Part shown: one piece after another, positions 1 to 15,127 of the stretch | Numbering within the stretch: position 1 is the first letter of the stretch | Layout: each line of letters starts with the position of its first letter | NCBI RefSeq assembly: GCF_009914755.1 | Contig: NC_060926.1 | Length of the DNA: 64,000 nucleotides | Reading direction: 5' to 3' (one strand) | From: the human T2T-CHM13v2.0 reference genome, Homo sapiens | The notes under the pieces: model-generated | Database searches by the model: none | Seen by the model: the letters and a program-made list of their open reading frames with translations, nothing else | What the model was told of the DNA's origin: nothing | Program-made: the position numbers and the translations under genes

Positions 1-320
<320 letters not shown>

Positions 321-1051
321 TTAATTAATTGATTTTTTTCCCAGCTTTATTGAGGTTAATTGACAAATACAAAATTTCCCCCATCATATCCCCTTCAGCA
401 TCCCTGGCAGGGCAGGCACCCTATCTTGTTCATCTTTGCATTTTCCTCCACAAGTATTATGGTACTTAGAAAATGATCTCAAAAAATGTTAAACATCATA
501 TGAGGAAGTGCCATTACTATATACTTTCATTAAGTATTTTCCTTTTAGCCTTCATTTACTAAAGTAATGCTCAAACCAGGATTCAAAAAAACAATGCTGT
601 CTTCCAAGAAACAAAACAAAAACCTCATCAAAAGTGTTTTAAACTTAATCAGAACATTTTTAGTGCTATTTATAGCTTAAAATTTGCAAGCCAAGTATAC
701 CTCACCCATCTCCCAAAATAAGCCCAAGTAAAAATGATTAGGATATTTATTAAGACCAACATAGTGTAATTACTGTTCTTTGTCTCTTTAGGTAAATTAA
801 AAGCATAGGGGATGTCAAATATTGAAGTCACAAATAGAGTTATTCCTTGAAAGTATAAATGAACCTGCTGTTCAGCTGGAAGGCACCCACAAGGACATAC
901 CTGCTGTTAAAATATTGAAACAGTTCCATATGGGTTGGTAACTAGCTTCAGTCTCTAAGCACTCTAAGTATCTTAAGGTCTCTTTACAAGAAACCTCCCA
1001 CATCCTAAGATCCAGCACACAAAAGATTAATATCTGACCCTATTTTGCTGA

Positions 1052-1441
<390 letters not shown>

Positions 1442-1671
1442 TAGTTGATGGCCAGGCCATATATGTCTTTAACTCTTTTGACTATCACTTCTACAAATAA
1501 GTTAACAGAAAAAAAGCGAAAAGCCATTAGCAAAGCTAACTATTCAATGATTTCCCACCCCACCACCAACTACCAAGGCTTTTTAAACTAGAAAGATCAA
1601 GAATAAGTGATAGAATTTACAGAAGACGTTAATAGAGCAATTTGAATGTGGTCATTCAACAAGCATTTACT

Positions 1672-1986
<315 letters not shown>

Positions 1987-2092
1987 TTACTAAGGAATTC
2001 ACTGTCCTCTAGGTATGAGGTTCATTGACTCTTGGTGGCTTGTATAATGGTCAGTACTATCCAGAGGCCTCCATTAACAGCTTAAAGATGAG

Positions 2093-2838
2093 TGAAACTG
2101 CCTTTGTGGTTTCAATTATGACAGTAAAAGAAATCTGACATAGTTGACTCCATCCTGCTTCTGACCTTCAAACTATCTTTGGTCATTTCTGGCCATAGGC
2201 CAAGATAACCTTGGGAGGGATTTTGTTTATAGTTTAACTTGAAAGCAAGCATGATAATAGTCCCTCCCTAAAACTAGCCCCCTCCTTGCTCAGGGACAGA
2301 AACCCGCCTTTGTAAGACTAATGAAAGACCACAGAATAGGATTATGGAAGGGGCTTGAACTCTGGTAAAATGTAGATGTAGTTTCTATAATCCTTTACTG
2401 CCAGGAGTAATGTGGCCAGGAGGCCACAAGATCTGTGACTTCCCCACTTGCTCCTATAGATAACACCACTGTTGTAGAAACGAATACTGGGTTTGTAGTT
2501 GTTTCAGACTGACCTCACCTGGATTTGTGACTCATAACTCAACTGGTCATATGGCCCCACCTAGAGGCGCACTGAGTGCACCAGGAGCTTTTTCCACACG
2601 TTGATGATTTCATCCCCAACCAATCAGCAGCATCCATTCCCTAGCCTCCTGTCCACTAAATTGTCCATAAAAACCTTAGTCTTCCAGCCTTTGGGGAGAT
2701 TGATTGGAGTGATAACTCCAGTTCCTCTGCATGAGTCAGCCTCATGTCAATTAAACTCTTTCCCTACTGCAATGCCACAGTCTTAGTATATTGATTTTAT
2801 CTGTGCAGTGGGCAGGAAGAAGCCATTGGGTGATTACA
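2093..2838 (+). mobile_element. ERV1 solo LTR (LTR8/LTR8A-like)
   Basis: Starts TGAAACTGCCTTTG, ends GGGTGATTACA; internal TGACTCCATC and CCAACCAATCAGC motifs typical of the LTR8 group. Confidence 0.8.
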
Positions 2839-2929
2839 AGAGAATCGTCCAGAAAGTTAAAATATTATAAAAGAAAAACTGTCTCAGTCTTGATGTGGCT
2901 TCAGCATAGTTTTTATGTAGAACCAAGAA

Positions 2930-3121
2930 CAGTGGTGTGCTGGTAAACTGACTCTGAAAAAGTAAAAGTTCTGATTTGTTAGAGTTTGCCGATTTTCACA
3001 ATATAAAAATCCCTACCATGCCTAATTTCAAGCTCTGGATGTATCATCACAGAACACAGAATTGGAAATGCACATATTAAAGCCTTAAGAATCAGTAGAA
3101 GCTGGCTCCAGCACACCACTG
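2930..3121. mobile_element. MER63-like hAT-Blackjack MITE
   Basis: Perfect 14-bp terminal inverted repeats CAGTGGTGTGCTGG...CCAGCACACCACTG; imperfect 8-bp TSD ACCAAGAA/ACCCAGAT. Confidence 0.8.
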
Positions 3122-3129
3122 ACCCAGAT

Positions 3130-3325
3130 GGCCAGGATTTTATATTCCCACATCCCTTAGTCATTGGATATGGGCCACTCTAGGGCAAGGTGGCTCTATG
3201 AACTTGAGACAGTCCCTAAGAAGAATGGCCACTGATGGTAATCTGCTGACAGCACTCCCGGAAGCTGGAGCAACAAGTCCTTTTTTGATGGGGGATCTGG
3301 GCAGTACATCACAGAGTCCACCGTA
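3130..3325 (-). mobile_element. Old ERVL LTR fragment (LTR16-like)
   Basis: GGGGGATCTGGGCAGTACATCACAG end and GGCAAGGTGGCTCT motif resemble the LTR16 consensus. Confidence 0.5.
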
Positions 3326-3639
3326 CTTGTTATGGGAAACCAGTCATCTGCCTACTCAACTGTCAATCTAGTCACTTTTCACCTAAAAATGTTTTTCAAC
3401 CTGGAACATATACTCTGAGACCTTTCACTTTTAGATGGTAGAGCTAATAGATACAAATTTGGAAAGATTTCCAGCAGTCCCAAACAGTAAACATCCAGGG
3501 AGGGATGAAGGCAAAGGAACGTCCAGAAGTCCAGAAAATCAGATGGAGCTGCTCAGATAGGCTTCTATAAAGAGGGAGGGTTTGAGCTTGACCTAAAGGA
3601 TAAGTAGAGGTAGAAAAGCAGAGGAGATTGAATAGAAGC

Positions 3640-3815
3640 AGCATTGCACTGTGGTTAGAATCTTGTCTCTACCGCTTTTTAATTTTCAGGGATTGCACAA
3701 ACTACTTTACTTCTCTGTGCCTCAGTTTATCCATAGGTAAAATGGGGATGATGATGACATAATAATAGTAATAATATTATCTACCTCAAAGTGTTGTTGA
3801 AATGAGTTAATTCAC
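3640..3815 (+). mobile_element. MIR fragment
   Basis: CTCTGTGCCTCAGTTT...TAAAATGGGGATGAT core. Confidence 0.7.
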
Positions 3816-3823
3816 ATTGAGAT

Positions 3824-4128
3824 TTTTTTTTTTTTTTTTTTTTTTGAGACCGGGTCTCGTTCTGTAACCCAGGTTGGAGTGCAGTGGCGTGATCTCGGCT
3901 TACTGCAACCTCCGCCTCCCAGGTTTAAGTGATTCTCCTGCCTCAGCCTCCTGAGTAGCTGGGATTACAGGCACCCACCACCATGCCCGGCTAATTTTTT
4001 GTATTTTTAGTAGAGATGGAGTTTCACCATGTTGGCCAGGCTGGTCTCGAATTTGTGACCTCAAGTGATCCGCCCACCTCAGCCTCCCAAAGTGTTGGGA
4101 CTACAGGTGAGAGCCACCGCAACCAGCC
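3824..4128 (-). mobile_element. Alu (AluS)
   Basis: Full antisense Alu; TSD CA(C/T)ATTGAGA. Confidence 0.95.
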
Positions 4129-4347
4129 CATATTGAGAGTTAATAACAGTGCTTAGTAATATTTGGCCTCTGACAAACAATCTGTTATTTCATGCAGCAA
4201 AATGGAGATATCATATTGCAGAGTAGTGCAAAAAATAAAAATAACAAAAAAGAATATACTGAACTTTAATCAGAAATGATGACCTATTTTCCCTTCTTAC
4301 AAAATGTCCTACCAAGAGTGAATCTTTGGGTTGAACTTCCCTGGTAG

Positions 4348-4505
4348 CAGGGCATGGTGGCTCACACCTGTAATCCCAGCACTTAGGATGGCAGAGGCAG
4401 GAGGATAGCTTGAGTCTCAGAGTTTGAGATCTACCTGGGAAACATAGTGAGACCCCATTCTCCACAAAAAAATAAAAAAGGAAAAACAAAACAAACAAAA
4501 AAACC
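4348..4505 (+). mobile_element. Alu monomer (FLAM/AluJ left arm)
   Basis: Single Alu arm with A-rich tail. Confidence 0.85.
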
Positions 4506-4609
4506 AAGTTGAACTGCCCTGGCAGCCAGAGTATAACAAAACTTTGATGTGTGCTCAAAACTAAACTGCCAGGAAAAATTCAAAGAGCGAAGTTTCACCT
4601 TGCCAGAAC

Positions 4610-4960
4610 AGGTCCTTAATGGCAGGCACACCCCTGATAGTTACAAGGATTGGGGGAAGAAAACAAATGGGTGCCCTCAGATTCCCAGCCTAGGCCCTGT
4701 CCTGCACCACAAGGACCCACATGTGTATGCATACACCTCAGCGGCCATGTCCTAACTTCACCGACTGCTTCCCCAGATGAAGTCACTCCTCAGGCCTATG
4801 ACGACATACTGACAGCTGGGTCAGCTCCCAGGATGACAAACCCTGGGAAAAAGGCCCATGCAGCCCGGAGGCAGGCTCTCAACTTTCAGGGCAGGGAATT
4901 CTGAAGCCCCATGTACCTGATCTAGAAGGAGGGGCCTCCAGGTTGCTACCTTCTAGGCCA
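4610..4960. mobile_element. Probable hAT-Tip100 fossil (MER115-like)
   Basis: GC-rich segment with GGGAATTCTG...GTACCTGATCTAGAAGG resembling MER115, from memory. Confidence 0.4.
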
Positions 4961-5156
4961 AAGAGGCCAGAGGGGAGCCAGAGAACAGCTGATTGCCCAG
5001 GACTGATGGCAGTGCATGGAGGGTCTACTGGGGATCAACCCTTTTAATGCAATATTTTATCTTTTATATATGTGGGATTTTGATAAGGTACTTATGTCAT
5101 AAGAGAGGCTTTGTTATACTAGAAAAAGCACTGGATTGAGAATCAGGACATTTGTG

Positions 5157-5620
<464 letters not shown>

Positions 5621-6032
5621 AATCAGGACATCTGAATTAGAATCCTAGCCACAAAGTGTAGGATTAGGAATTATATTTACTACTCTTCACAATACCAAGC
5701 ACAATGATGGTCTATAGGAAGATCTAATGAGCAATTTATATTTGTAATGTTGAAGACAATCAGGATTCAGAATTATACTTGGGTTTCAACAGTGATTTTT
5801 AAGGATTTGTTGTTATTTTGTTTTTTTGTTTTTCAGATAAAGGAATACTAGACATCAAAATGTTTATTAGGTGATGGACATATAGTCATCCTTCCAGTTT
5901 AAGATCTAAGAGCAATACTCAAACAGAAATCAAATAAATGTCTATGACAATTAAGGCAAACATACTCATTTGTCTACAAGCAAAGAGCATTTTGGAAAGA
6001 ACACTCCCTTGTTCAAATTTTGGTGAACTGGT

Positions 6033-6483
6033 TGTGGAGACAAAAGTGACTCCATCTTGGATGCTAATCTGCCATGTTGACTTCTGATTAACCCCAGTCT
6101 GGGGAATGCCTCTAAGATTTCTATTTTTATCTATGTATACTGTCTGTAAATCCTGTTCTTAGGCCAAGACACCCTTGATGTTATCAAATCCTGCCCTTAG
6201 GCTATGACACACATAGCATTCTTCCCTTTTCCTGAGAGGTGGACTTCAATTGTCCTTATACATTCCTTCTAAAGCACATATACCCTTTCTCTGTGGTATA
6301 TATCTGGGAGAAAACTGTGGAAATCTACCTGTCTGGCAGCTGCCCAAGACCATCCTTTTGTCCATAAGTTCCCCAGTAAATAACCCTCTACTGACAAACT
6401 GGATTTGTCTGCCTTGTTCTTTGGTTTCTTGGTTCCTTCTGCATTTGGGGGTTGGTTTGCGTATATGGCCCTTTCATGAAGCA
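6033..6483 (+). mobile_element. ERV1 solo LTR (LTR15-like)
   Basis: TGTGGAGACAAAAGTGACTCCATCTTGGATGCTAATC start; AATAAA-like signal; GGCCCTTTCATGAAGCA end. Confidence 0.7.
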
Positions 6484-6499
6484 CACATCATGTCTTTTG

Positions 6500-6780
6500 T
6501 TTTTTTATTTTTAAGATACCAGGTCTTGCTCTGTTGCCCAGACTTGAGTGCAGTGGCGCAATCATAGCTCACTGCAGCCTTGAACTCCCACCTCAGCCTC
6601 CTGAATAGCTGGGACTACAGGATCAGGCCACTACACCTGGCTAATTTAAATTTGTCTTTCTCTTTTTTTACAAAGATAGGACGTTGCCCAGGCTAGTCTA
6701 AAACTCCTGGCCTTAAGTGACCCTCTTGCGTTAGCCTCCCAAAATGTTGGTACTATAGGCACGAGACACTGCACCTGGCC
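6500..6780 (-). mobile_element. Alu (AluJ)
   Basis: Diverged antisense Alu. Confidence 0.9.
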
Positions 6781-6912
6781 TGTTTTTTTGTTTTTTGTTT
6801 TTTTTTTAAATCTTACCTAAGGTCCACTCCTATCTCTAACAGCCCCATCTCTTTTCTTTTCTTATGTGATCTAAAAATCTTCCCCCAACACTACACTGAG
6901 ACCCAAATGAGC

Positions 6913-7026
6913 TTTTTTTTTTTTTTTGAGATGGAGTTTCACTCTTGTTGCTCAGGCCAAGATCATGCCACTGCACTCCAGCCTGGGTGACAGAGTGAGA
7001 CCCTGTCTCAACAACAACAACAACAA
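6913..7026. mobile_element. Two opposed Alu 3' ends fused together
   Basis: Antisense tail (T-run, GAGATGGAGTTTCACTC) joined directly to a sense 3' end (CCACTGCACTCCAGCC...(CAA)n). Confidence 0.85.
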
Positions 7027-8063
7027 CTGCAGATCAAAGTTAAAGAAAGTAAGAACTAAATGGAGCATCTTTTTAGTTTTACCAAGTAGACTATTTCTTT
7101 GTCTAGGATGTCTTTCTAGAACCCAGAAACAGAAAATGGCTCTTTTATCCTGTTGGCTTCAATATAATCATTCTTCCTAGGAGGCATATGATGTGGGTGA
7201 TGGGTGGGTATGTGGTGGGGAGAGGCCCTGTGATACTTAATGAGCTGCAAATAACTCACTCCCATGTATTTGTGTGAGTGGAGTCACCCTACCTACTTAT
7301 GCTAGCCTGTTTTCACACTCAGTTGATTCAAAAACTGTTGAATCAGACCACTCTGGAGCTTCTGAAAAAGTCCTCCAGACAACGGTGGGCAAGAGCAGGT
7401 TGCAACCAGGTTCCATTTACGGCAGTGTTTCTGAATGTTGTTTTGTACATTTTTATTACAAAACAGTTCACGATCGAACTTATTCACACTTTCATGTTGG
7501 AGCACTCGATCCTTCCTAAATAAATTAATGTTGCCCCGTTTCCACATTCTGTGTCTGGGATATAACTTGTCTTCAAATATAAGTAAGCATTCTCATTATC
7601 AGAAAAAAGAGTTGCAAGGCATCAGGAGAGAGAGCCACAGAGGAAAATATTCCAAAGATCTTGGCATTCTTCCTATAACTTTTGTACCCTCAATCTTTTT
7701 CTTCCACATTTATGAAGCTTTTAAAACATTTTCCACCCTGAATGGCACACATTTACTGGGGTGACTTTACATTGTTTGCATTATTGTGGTTCTGGGACGT
7801 GAAGTTCTTAGAGGACAGGGGCATGTTTAGAATCACATCCTACAGAGAAGTGTTTAGTAAGTAGGAATGAGAAACATCGTCCGCAAGCATTTAAGGGAGT
7901 CTGTTTCCATTTTCAGTAAGGGCAGGTTGTCACTCAACAGGCAGATGACCCAATAGACACAGTGGTATGTTTGGTTCCTGGGAGGGATGGATGTGTAGAG
8001 AAAGGGAGGAAAAGAGGAAGAAAGCAACATTAAGCCTGATCCCTGCCATAAGCTGAGCTCCTC

Positions 8064-8134
8064 ACCACACGCACATGCACGCACAGACACATACACACAC
8101 ACACACTCGCTCCTTGGCACGCAGACACACACAG
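8064..8134. repeat. (CA)n imperfect microsatellite
   Basis: Visible CA/CG run. Confidence 0.85.
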
Positions 8135-8959
8135 AGCTTTGCTATTCTTCGGCTAATGGGATTGGCACCGCTTAAAGCAGACTGCTAGGTCATTGTCTGT
8201 GACCACAGCAAGAGAAACATTATTTAAAGACCATTCAGACCCTAAAAGAAGCGGCTGAGCAGAGTAATTATCGGAGACTCTCCATTAACTAGGGCATCTT
8301 TGCTCTTTGTCTGGGTTGGTTTAACAAGGCCCGCTAATGGGACTGTACAGGAGGGGTACACTAATGGTTCTAAAAAAGCCTCTTTTGGCCCCTTTATTAC
8401 TGGGGACTGTCTTTAGAGATGCTGACAGTAAAGCAAGAAGTTACCATATTACAAAATGACCTTCCCAAAAATTTGATTTGGACCCTTGCAGCTTAGGACT
8501 CAGGTTTCCAAAATTAGAAAACATCTTTGTCTTCTCCACTTTTTAAAACTCTAAGTTGGTTCCCCGCTGCCCCCTGCCAACCCCCCGCTCCCCCGCCACT
8601 GTTCCTCTTACCTTACTTGGCCCTTTGGTTTCTTGGGAACTTGTCATTGGAAACAGCAGCACTCAGTGGTGATAAAGCAGAATGGCACTCCTGAGGAATT
8701 TCTCCTTGAGCTGGCTTCTCTACTCACTCTCCAGGACTCCACTTCTCTAGAAAAACTGCCTGTCCCATTATCACTTTTAAAATATGAAGCTAGAAGTCAA
8801 TCACATGCTTACAAACCTAATACGGCCACCTAAATTAAAACTACTGTTCCATAATCAGTTAGCTTTATAACAAAGGCTTCAAATGCTTAGCTCTCCTAGA
8901 AGCTTGCATCACATACAGGGAACTCTTCTGTGCAGAGCTGTCTACCTCTCTTCATTTCC

Positions 8960-9660
8960 CCTCTCCCAACCCTAGACCAAGCTTCCATCTTCTCTCCTCT
9001 GGGTGACTGCAATTGTCCTGCAATCACCTCCTAGCAGCACTATTGGCCCTTTCAATCCATTAACTCTGCAACAGCCAACAGCCAGAGTAGCTCTTTCAAA
9101 ACAGAAACCTGCTTAAGCATTTCAGTAGCTTCCTATTGCTCATAAGAATTCTTACTGTGATTTAAGAGACCCAGACATGGTCTGGTCCTTTTTTCCTCCC
9201 TAGCAACATCTTGTACCATGCTCCCCCTAGCGTCTGCTTCAGCCACTGCAGCCTTCTTCAATGCCATGAGCAATTCATGCTCATTCCTGCCACAGGGCCT
9301 TTGCATATCATTCTGTCTAGAACACTCTTTACCCGAGTAGTTTCCACTCATCCTTCAGCTCTCAGCTCAGTAGTCAGCCCTTCAGGAAAGTTGTCCCTTA
9401 GTGCCCCTTCTAGGTTGATGACGTCTATATCATGCAATTATAGCACCATATGCTCCTCTTCACAGCATTTACAGTAAACGTTTATACTTATCAGAATGCT
9501 TTTATGTTAATAATTACCTTGCTGTGAAACTGTAAGCTTCATGAGAATAACCACATGTTCCATAAGCAATAATTCTGCCTATTTTTGTTGTACCATCCTG
9601 TCCTCAGTGCCCAGTACAATGTTTGTGACCTGAGTGCTTAATAAATCTTTGTTGCATTGT
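8960..9660 (+). mobile_element. L2 3' fragment
   Basis: CTGCCACAGGGCCTTTGCA and CAGTGCCCAGTACAATG...AATAAAT, typical of the L2 3' end. Confidence 0.7.
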
Positions 9661-9710
9661 GTATAGTGATTCAAAATACTGTACCCCGGCTCCTCCATGC
9701 CTGTTCGCAA

Positions 9711-9961
9711 TTTTTTTTTTTTTTTTAGATGGAGTCTTGCTCTGTCGCTCAAGTGTTTCTCCTGCCTCAGCCTCCTGGGTAGCTGGGACTACAGGCACGT
9801 GCCACCACGCCTGGCTATTTTTTTTTCTTTTTTTTTTTTTTTTAGTAGAGATGGGGTTTCACCGTGTTAGCCAGGATGGCCTCAATCTCCTGACCTCATG
9901 ATCTGCCCGCCTCGGTCTCCCAAAGTGTTGGGATTACAGGCGTGAGCCACTGCGCCTGGCC
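9711..9961 (-). mobile_element. Alu with internal deletion in right arm
   Basis: TCTGTCGC joins CAAGTG directly; TSD GCCTGTT(C/T)GCAATTT. Confidence 0.9.
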
Positions 9962-10592
9962 GCCTGTTTGCAATTTATCAACCAAAGTTTATTCCCTGAG
10001 AGGTTCCTATGTCCAGTATATTTGGGAACTACCTATATTCCATATTTTCTCAGATCAGCGTAAGGGGCCAGGTCTCTTTTCCTATGGGATTAAAGACTAA
10101 TTTTCTAGTTTTAGGGGCAGAACTAGAAGCACATTCTCATTCCCCCTCTGAGAGCATCTTTACACAATAACAGACTCACAAGGCACAAGTAGACACACAC
10201 AAGCTTTAGCGATGCCTCCTGTCTTCTCAAGACCCTGTGGGAAAGAGAACAGAGGGTCTATCCAAAGAAGAAGTTGAAGAATTAGAGTGTCTCAGCACTC
10301 CAGATATGCCAGCACAGAGATAGGTGGGTGGAATTGTTCCAATTATTTATGATCCCCAAGAAAACTGGGGACTTTCTCTACTGTTTAGAGAAGGAAGCAT
10401 GGGCTTCAGTAGATGCAGAGTAACAGCATGGATTGGGTGTGTATTCTGTTGCCTTTAGCTGCCCTGGAGAGAAGGCCATCAGGCCATATACAGCCAGCTG
10501 AATGTACCATGACTCATACTGAATGGGATCAGGCATTCAGTGGGCTGACTGAAGCTGTGTATCCTATCACTGCTTTTAAAAATATAAAGCTA

Positions 10593-10887
<295 letters not shown>

Positions 10888-11415
10888 TTATAATCAAGTT
10901 GCATCACTCAGCCTCAGGATTGCACCAATTTAGGGACAGTCTGGAGACCAAAGAAAAAGTCTTATTATAAAATTGTGTTTTCAGAAAATCTGAGGCCCAT
11001 AGAGAATTGTCCTCCCAAGACAGGTGAACATAAAGCCACATGGTCACACCTCATGGGTTCCAGATGCATTCAAGTTCAGAGCCAGTGCCAGGAAATTTTC
11101 TAGAGCTGGTACTACTGGAAGAGACTGCTGCAAACACATAATCTTTACCGCATCTAAATTATGGAGAAAATGTGCAAACCTCCAAGCCTCAATTAACACG
11201 TATCCTATGGGCATCTCTTGGCACTCTTGTACTGCACAGGATAGAGGAGTGTGAAACAAGATTCCTGCCCTAATGAAAGAGATATGTGTTTCATAGAAAC
11301 ACATATCTAATGAACACAGTCTAATGTGTTCTAACACAGTCTAATGAAAGAGATATGTGTTTCATAGAATGAACAAAGCAACAGAATATACGTTCTAAAT
11401 TATTGAGTTCTGGAC

Positions 11416-11612
11416 CAGTGTCTCTAGAAGTGTGATCCATAACCTGCATGCGGCATCAACATCATTTGGGAATATTGTTTGAAATGCAAATGATTGTTTG
11501 AAATGCAAATGTTGGGTCACCCTATTGAATCAGAAGTTCTGGGGGTGGGGAAACAGGAGCATTAACAATCTCTCCAGGGGATTCCTATACACACTAAAGT
11601 TTGAAAGGCATT
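11416..11612. mobile_element. MER5A-like hAT-Charlie MITE
   Basis: GCATCAACATCATTTGGGAA...GAAATGCAAAT...TGAATCAGAA...AAAGTTTGA pattern. Confidence 0.7.
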
Positions 11613-11689
11613 ATAAAAATTGAGAAAAGAAGTGGTCGGAGTGGAATGAGAGCTGAAGGAAAAGTTTTTATACATATTTTCCATTTTAA

Positions 11690-11811
11690 AAAATAGAGAT
11701 AAGGTCTCGCTATGTTGCCCAGGCTGGCCTTGAACTCCTGGTCTCAAGCAGTCGTCCCACCTCAGCCTCCCAAAGTGCTGAGATTACAGATGTGAGCCAC
11801 CGTGTCTGGCC
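11690..11811 (-). mobile_element. Alu monomer (FLAM)
   Basis: Single antisense arm. Confidence 0.85.
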
Positions 11812-11829
11812 TCCCAGAATTATTAAAGC

Positions 11830-13130
<1,301 letters not shown>

Positions 13131-13145
13131 GTTAAAACTATCTCC

Positions 13146-13313
13146 TTTTTTTTTTTTTCCTTTTTTTTGAGACAGAGTCTAGCTCTGTCATCTGAGCTGG
13201 AGTGCAGTGGCATGTTCTTGGCTCACCTCCCCAGCTCAAGTGATCCTCCCACCTCAGCCTCCTGAGTAGCTGGAGCTACAGATGCACGTCACCATGCTTA
13301 GTTAATTTTTGTA
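13146..13313 (-). mobile_element. Alu right-arm fragment
   Basis: Partial antisense Alu; TSD TTAAAACTATCTC. Confidence 0.85.
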
Positions 13314-13707
13314 TTAAAACTATCTCAATTTTAGTTGATAAGTACTCATCACCATGACTTACCAGTTTATTAGTTTGTTAGAGTCCATCTCATGTAATTT
13401 TTAATGAAGAGTACAGAGGTGGCATCTTTCCAAGTGCTTTTGAATTGGAGGAGTCTTTATATTGCCTTTTCCTGAATAAAAATGTGGCTGAGTATTATTT
13501 CAACCTCATTTCTCAGCACTCTGTAAACATTGTTTCATTGCGTTCAGGTATTTCATGTGACACAAAAAGAGAAACTTGTGACAATATTAATTTTTTTCTT
13601 TGTTTTGGGATTTAATTTTTATAATGAGAAAATATGGTAGCTTTTTTTTCTTAATTCTGTGGTTCAAAAATTTTGTTCAAATATGTCTAGGTGTACATTT
13701 TTCTTGA

Positions 13708-13930
13708 TTTTTTTTTTTTTTGAGACAGGGTCTCACTCTATCACCTAGGGTGGAGTGCAATGGCATGTTCGTAGCTTACTGCAGCCTCGAATTCCGGGGC
13801 TTAAGCAATCCTCCCACCTCAGCCTCTGGAGTAGGATCTATAAGCATATGCCACCACACCTGGCTAATTTCCTTTATTTTTTTGTAGAGATGAGGTCTCA
13901 CTGTGTTGCCCAGTCTGGTTTTGAAGTCCT
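13708..13930 (-). mobile_element. Alu (AluJ, partial)
   Basis: Diverged antisense Alu. Confidence 0.85.
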
Positions 13931-14421
13931 GAGATTTATTTCATCTGGAACATGTATTAGCACTTTTGATCTAGTTAAACAACTTCACTCATTCATTCAT
14001 ACGCATTCATTTTCTTATATCAGACTTCTATTTTACAGTGGTTCTGACTTATTTTTTTCCTAACTCAACTAAAGCACACAATACAGCCCAATTAGCAGAC
14101 ACTAATTACTGCAATTTAAAAGCACGCCAGCCCATTGGGGCCATTCTCATCATGTGCCCACCCAGGCTGTTATCACACACTCTCATCTCCACCCTCCAGT
14201 GGAGAATCACTCTCCTCTCATATCCCTGGTGAGTGTGTCTTTCCACTGATTCTGAGTTCTTAAGAAATGTCAGTTGACTCTGTTTTTCGCTCTTTAGCCT
14301 TCATTTCTATCATCTTATCTTTATCATTCATTGTCCTTTTTTTCCCTGTATTTTGGGAAAGTTATTTAACTTGTCCTTGTCACTACAGCATCAGTTTTGC
14401 TACGCTTCCAACATTGTGGTG

Positions 14422-14734
14422 TTTTGTTTTGTTTTTGAGTCGGAGTCCCACTGTGTTGCCCAGGCTGGAGTGCAATGGCATGATCTTCAGCTCACTGCAA
14501 CCTCCACCTCCCGGGTTCAAGCAATTCTCCTGCCTCAGCCTCCTGAATAGCTGGGATTACAGGTGTCCACCACTATGCCCGGCTAATTTTTGTATTTTTA
14601 GTAGAGATGGGGTTTCACCATATTGGCCAGGCTGGTCTCTTGGCCAGGCTGGTCTCGAACTCCTGACCTCATGATCCGCCAGCCTCAGCCTCCCAAAGTA
14701 CTAAGATTATAGGCGTGAGCCACTGTGCCTGGCC
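14422..14734 (-). mobile_element. Alu (AluS)
   Basis: Full antisense Alu with a short internal duplication TTGGCCAGGCTGGTCTC. Confidence 0.95.
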
Positions 14735-14797
14735 TGTTTTTTTTTTTTTTTATTCCAGCACACAAGAATTTCCTTGCAATCTTTCTTCATTATATCA

Positions 14798-15120
<323 letters not shown>

Positions 15121-15127
15121 GATTGTC

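Noticed and set aside
7274-7764. Four overlapping ORFs in unique DNA
   Set aside because: Mostly non-ATG starts, no recognisable domain and no clear splice signals.
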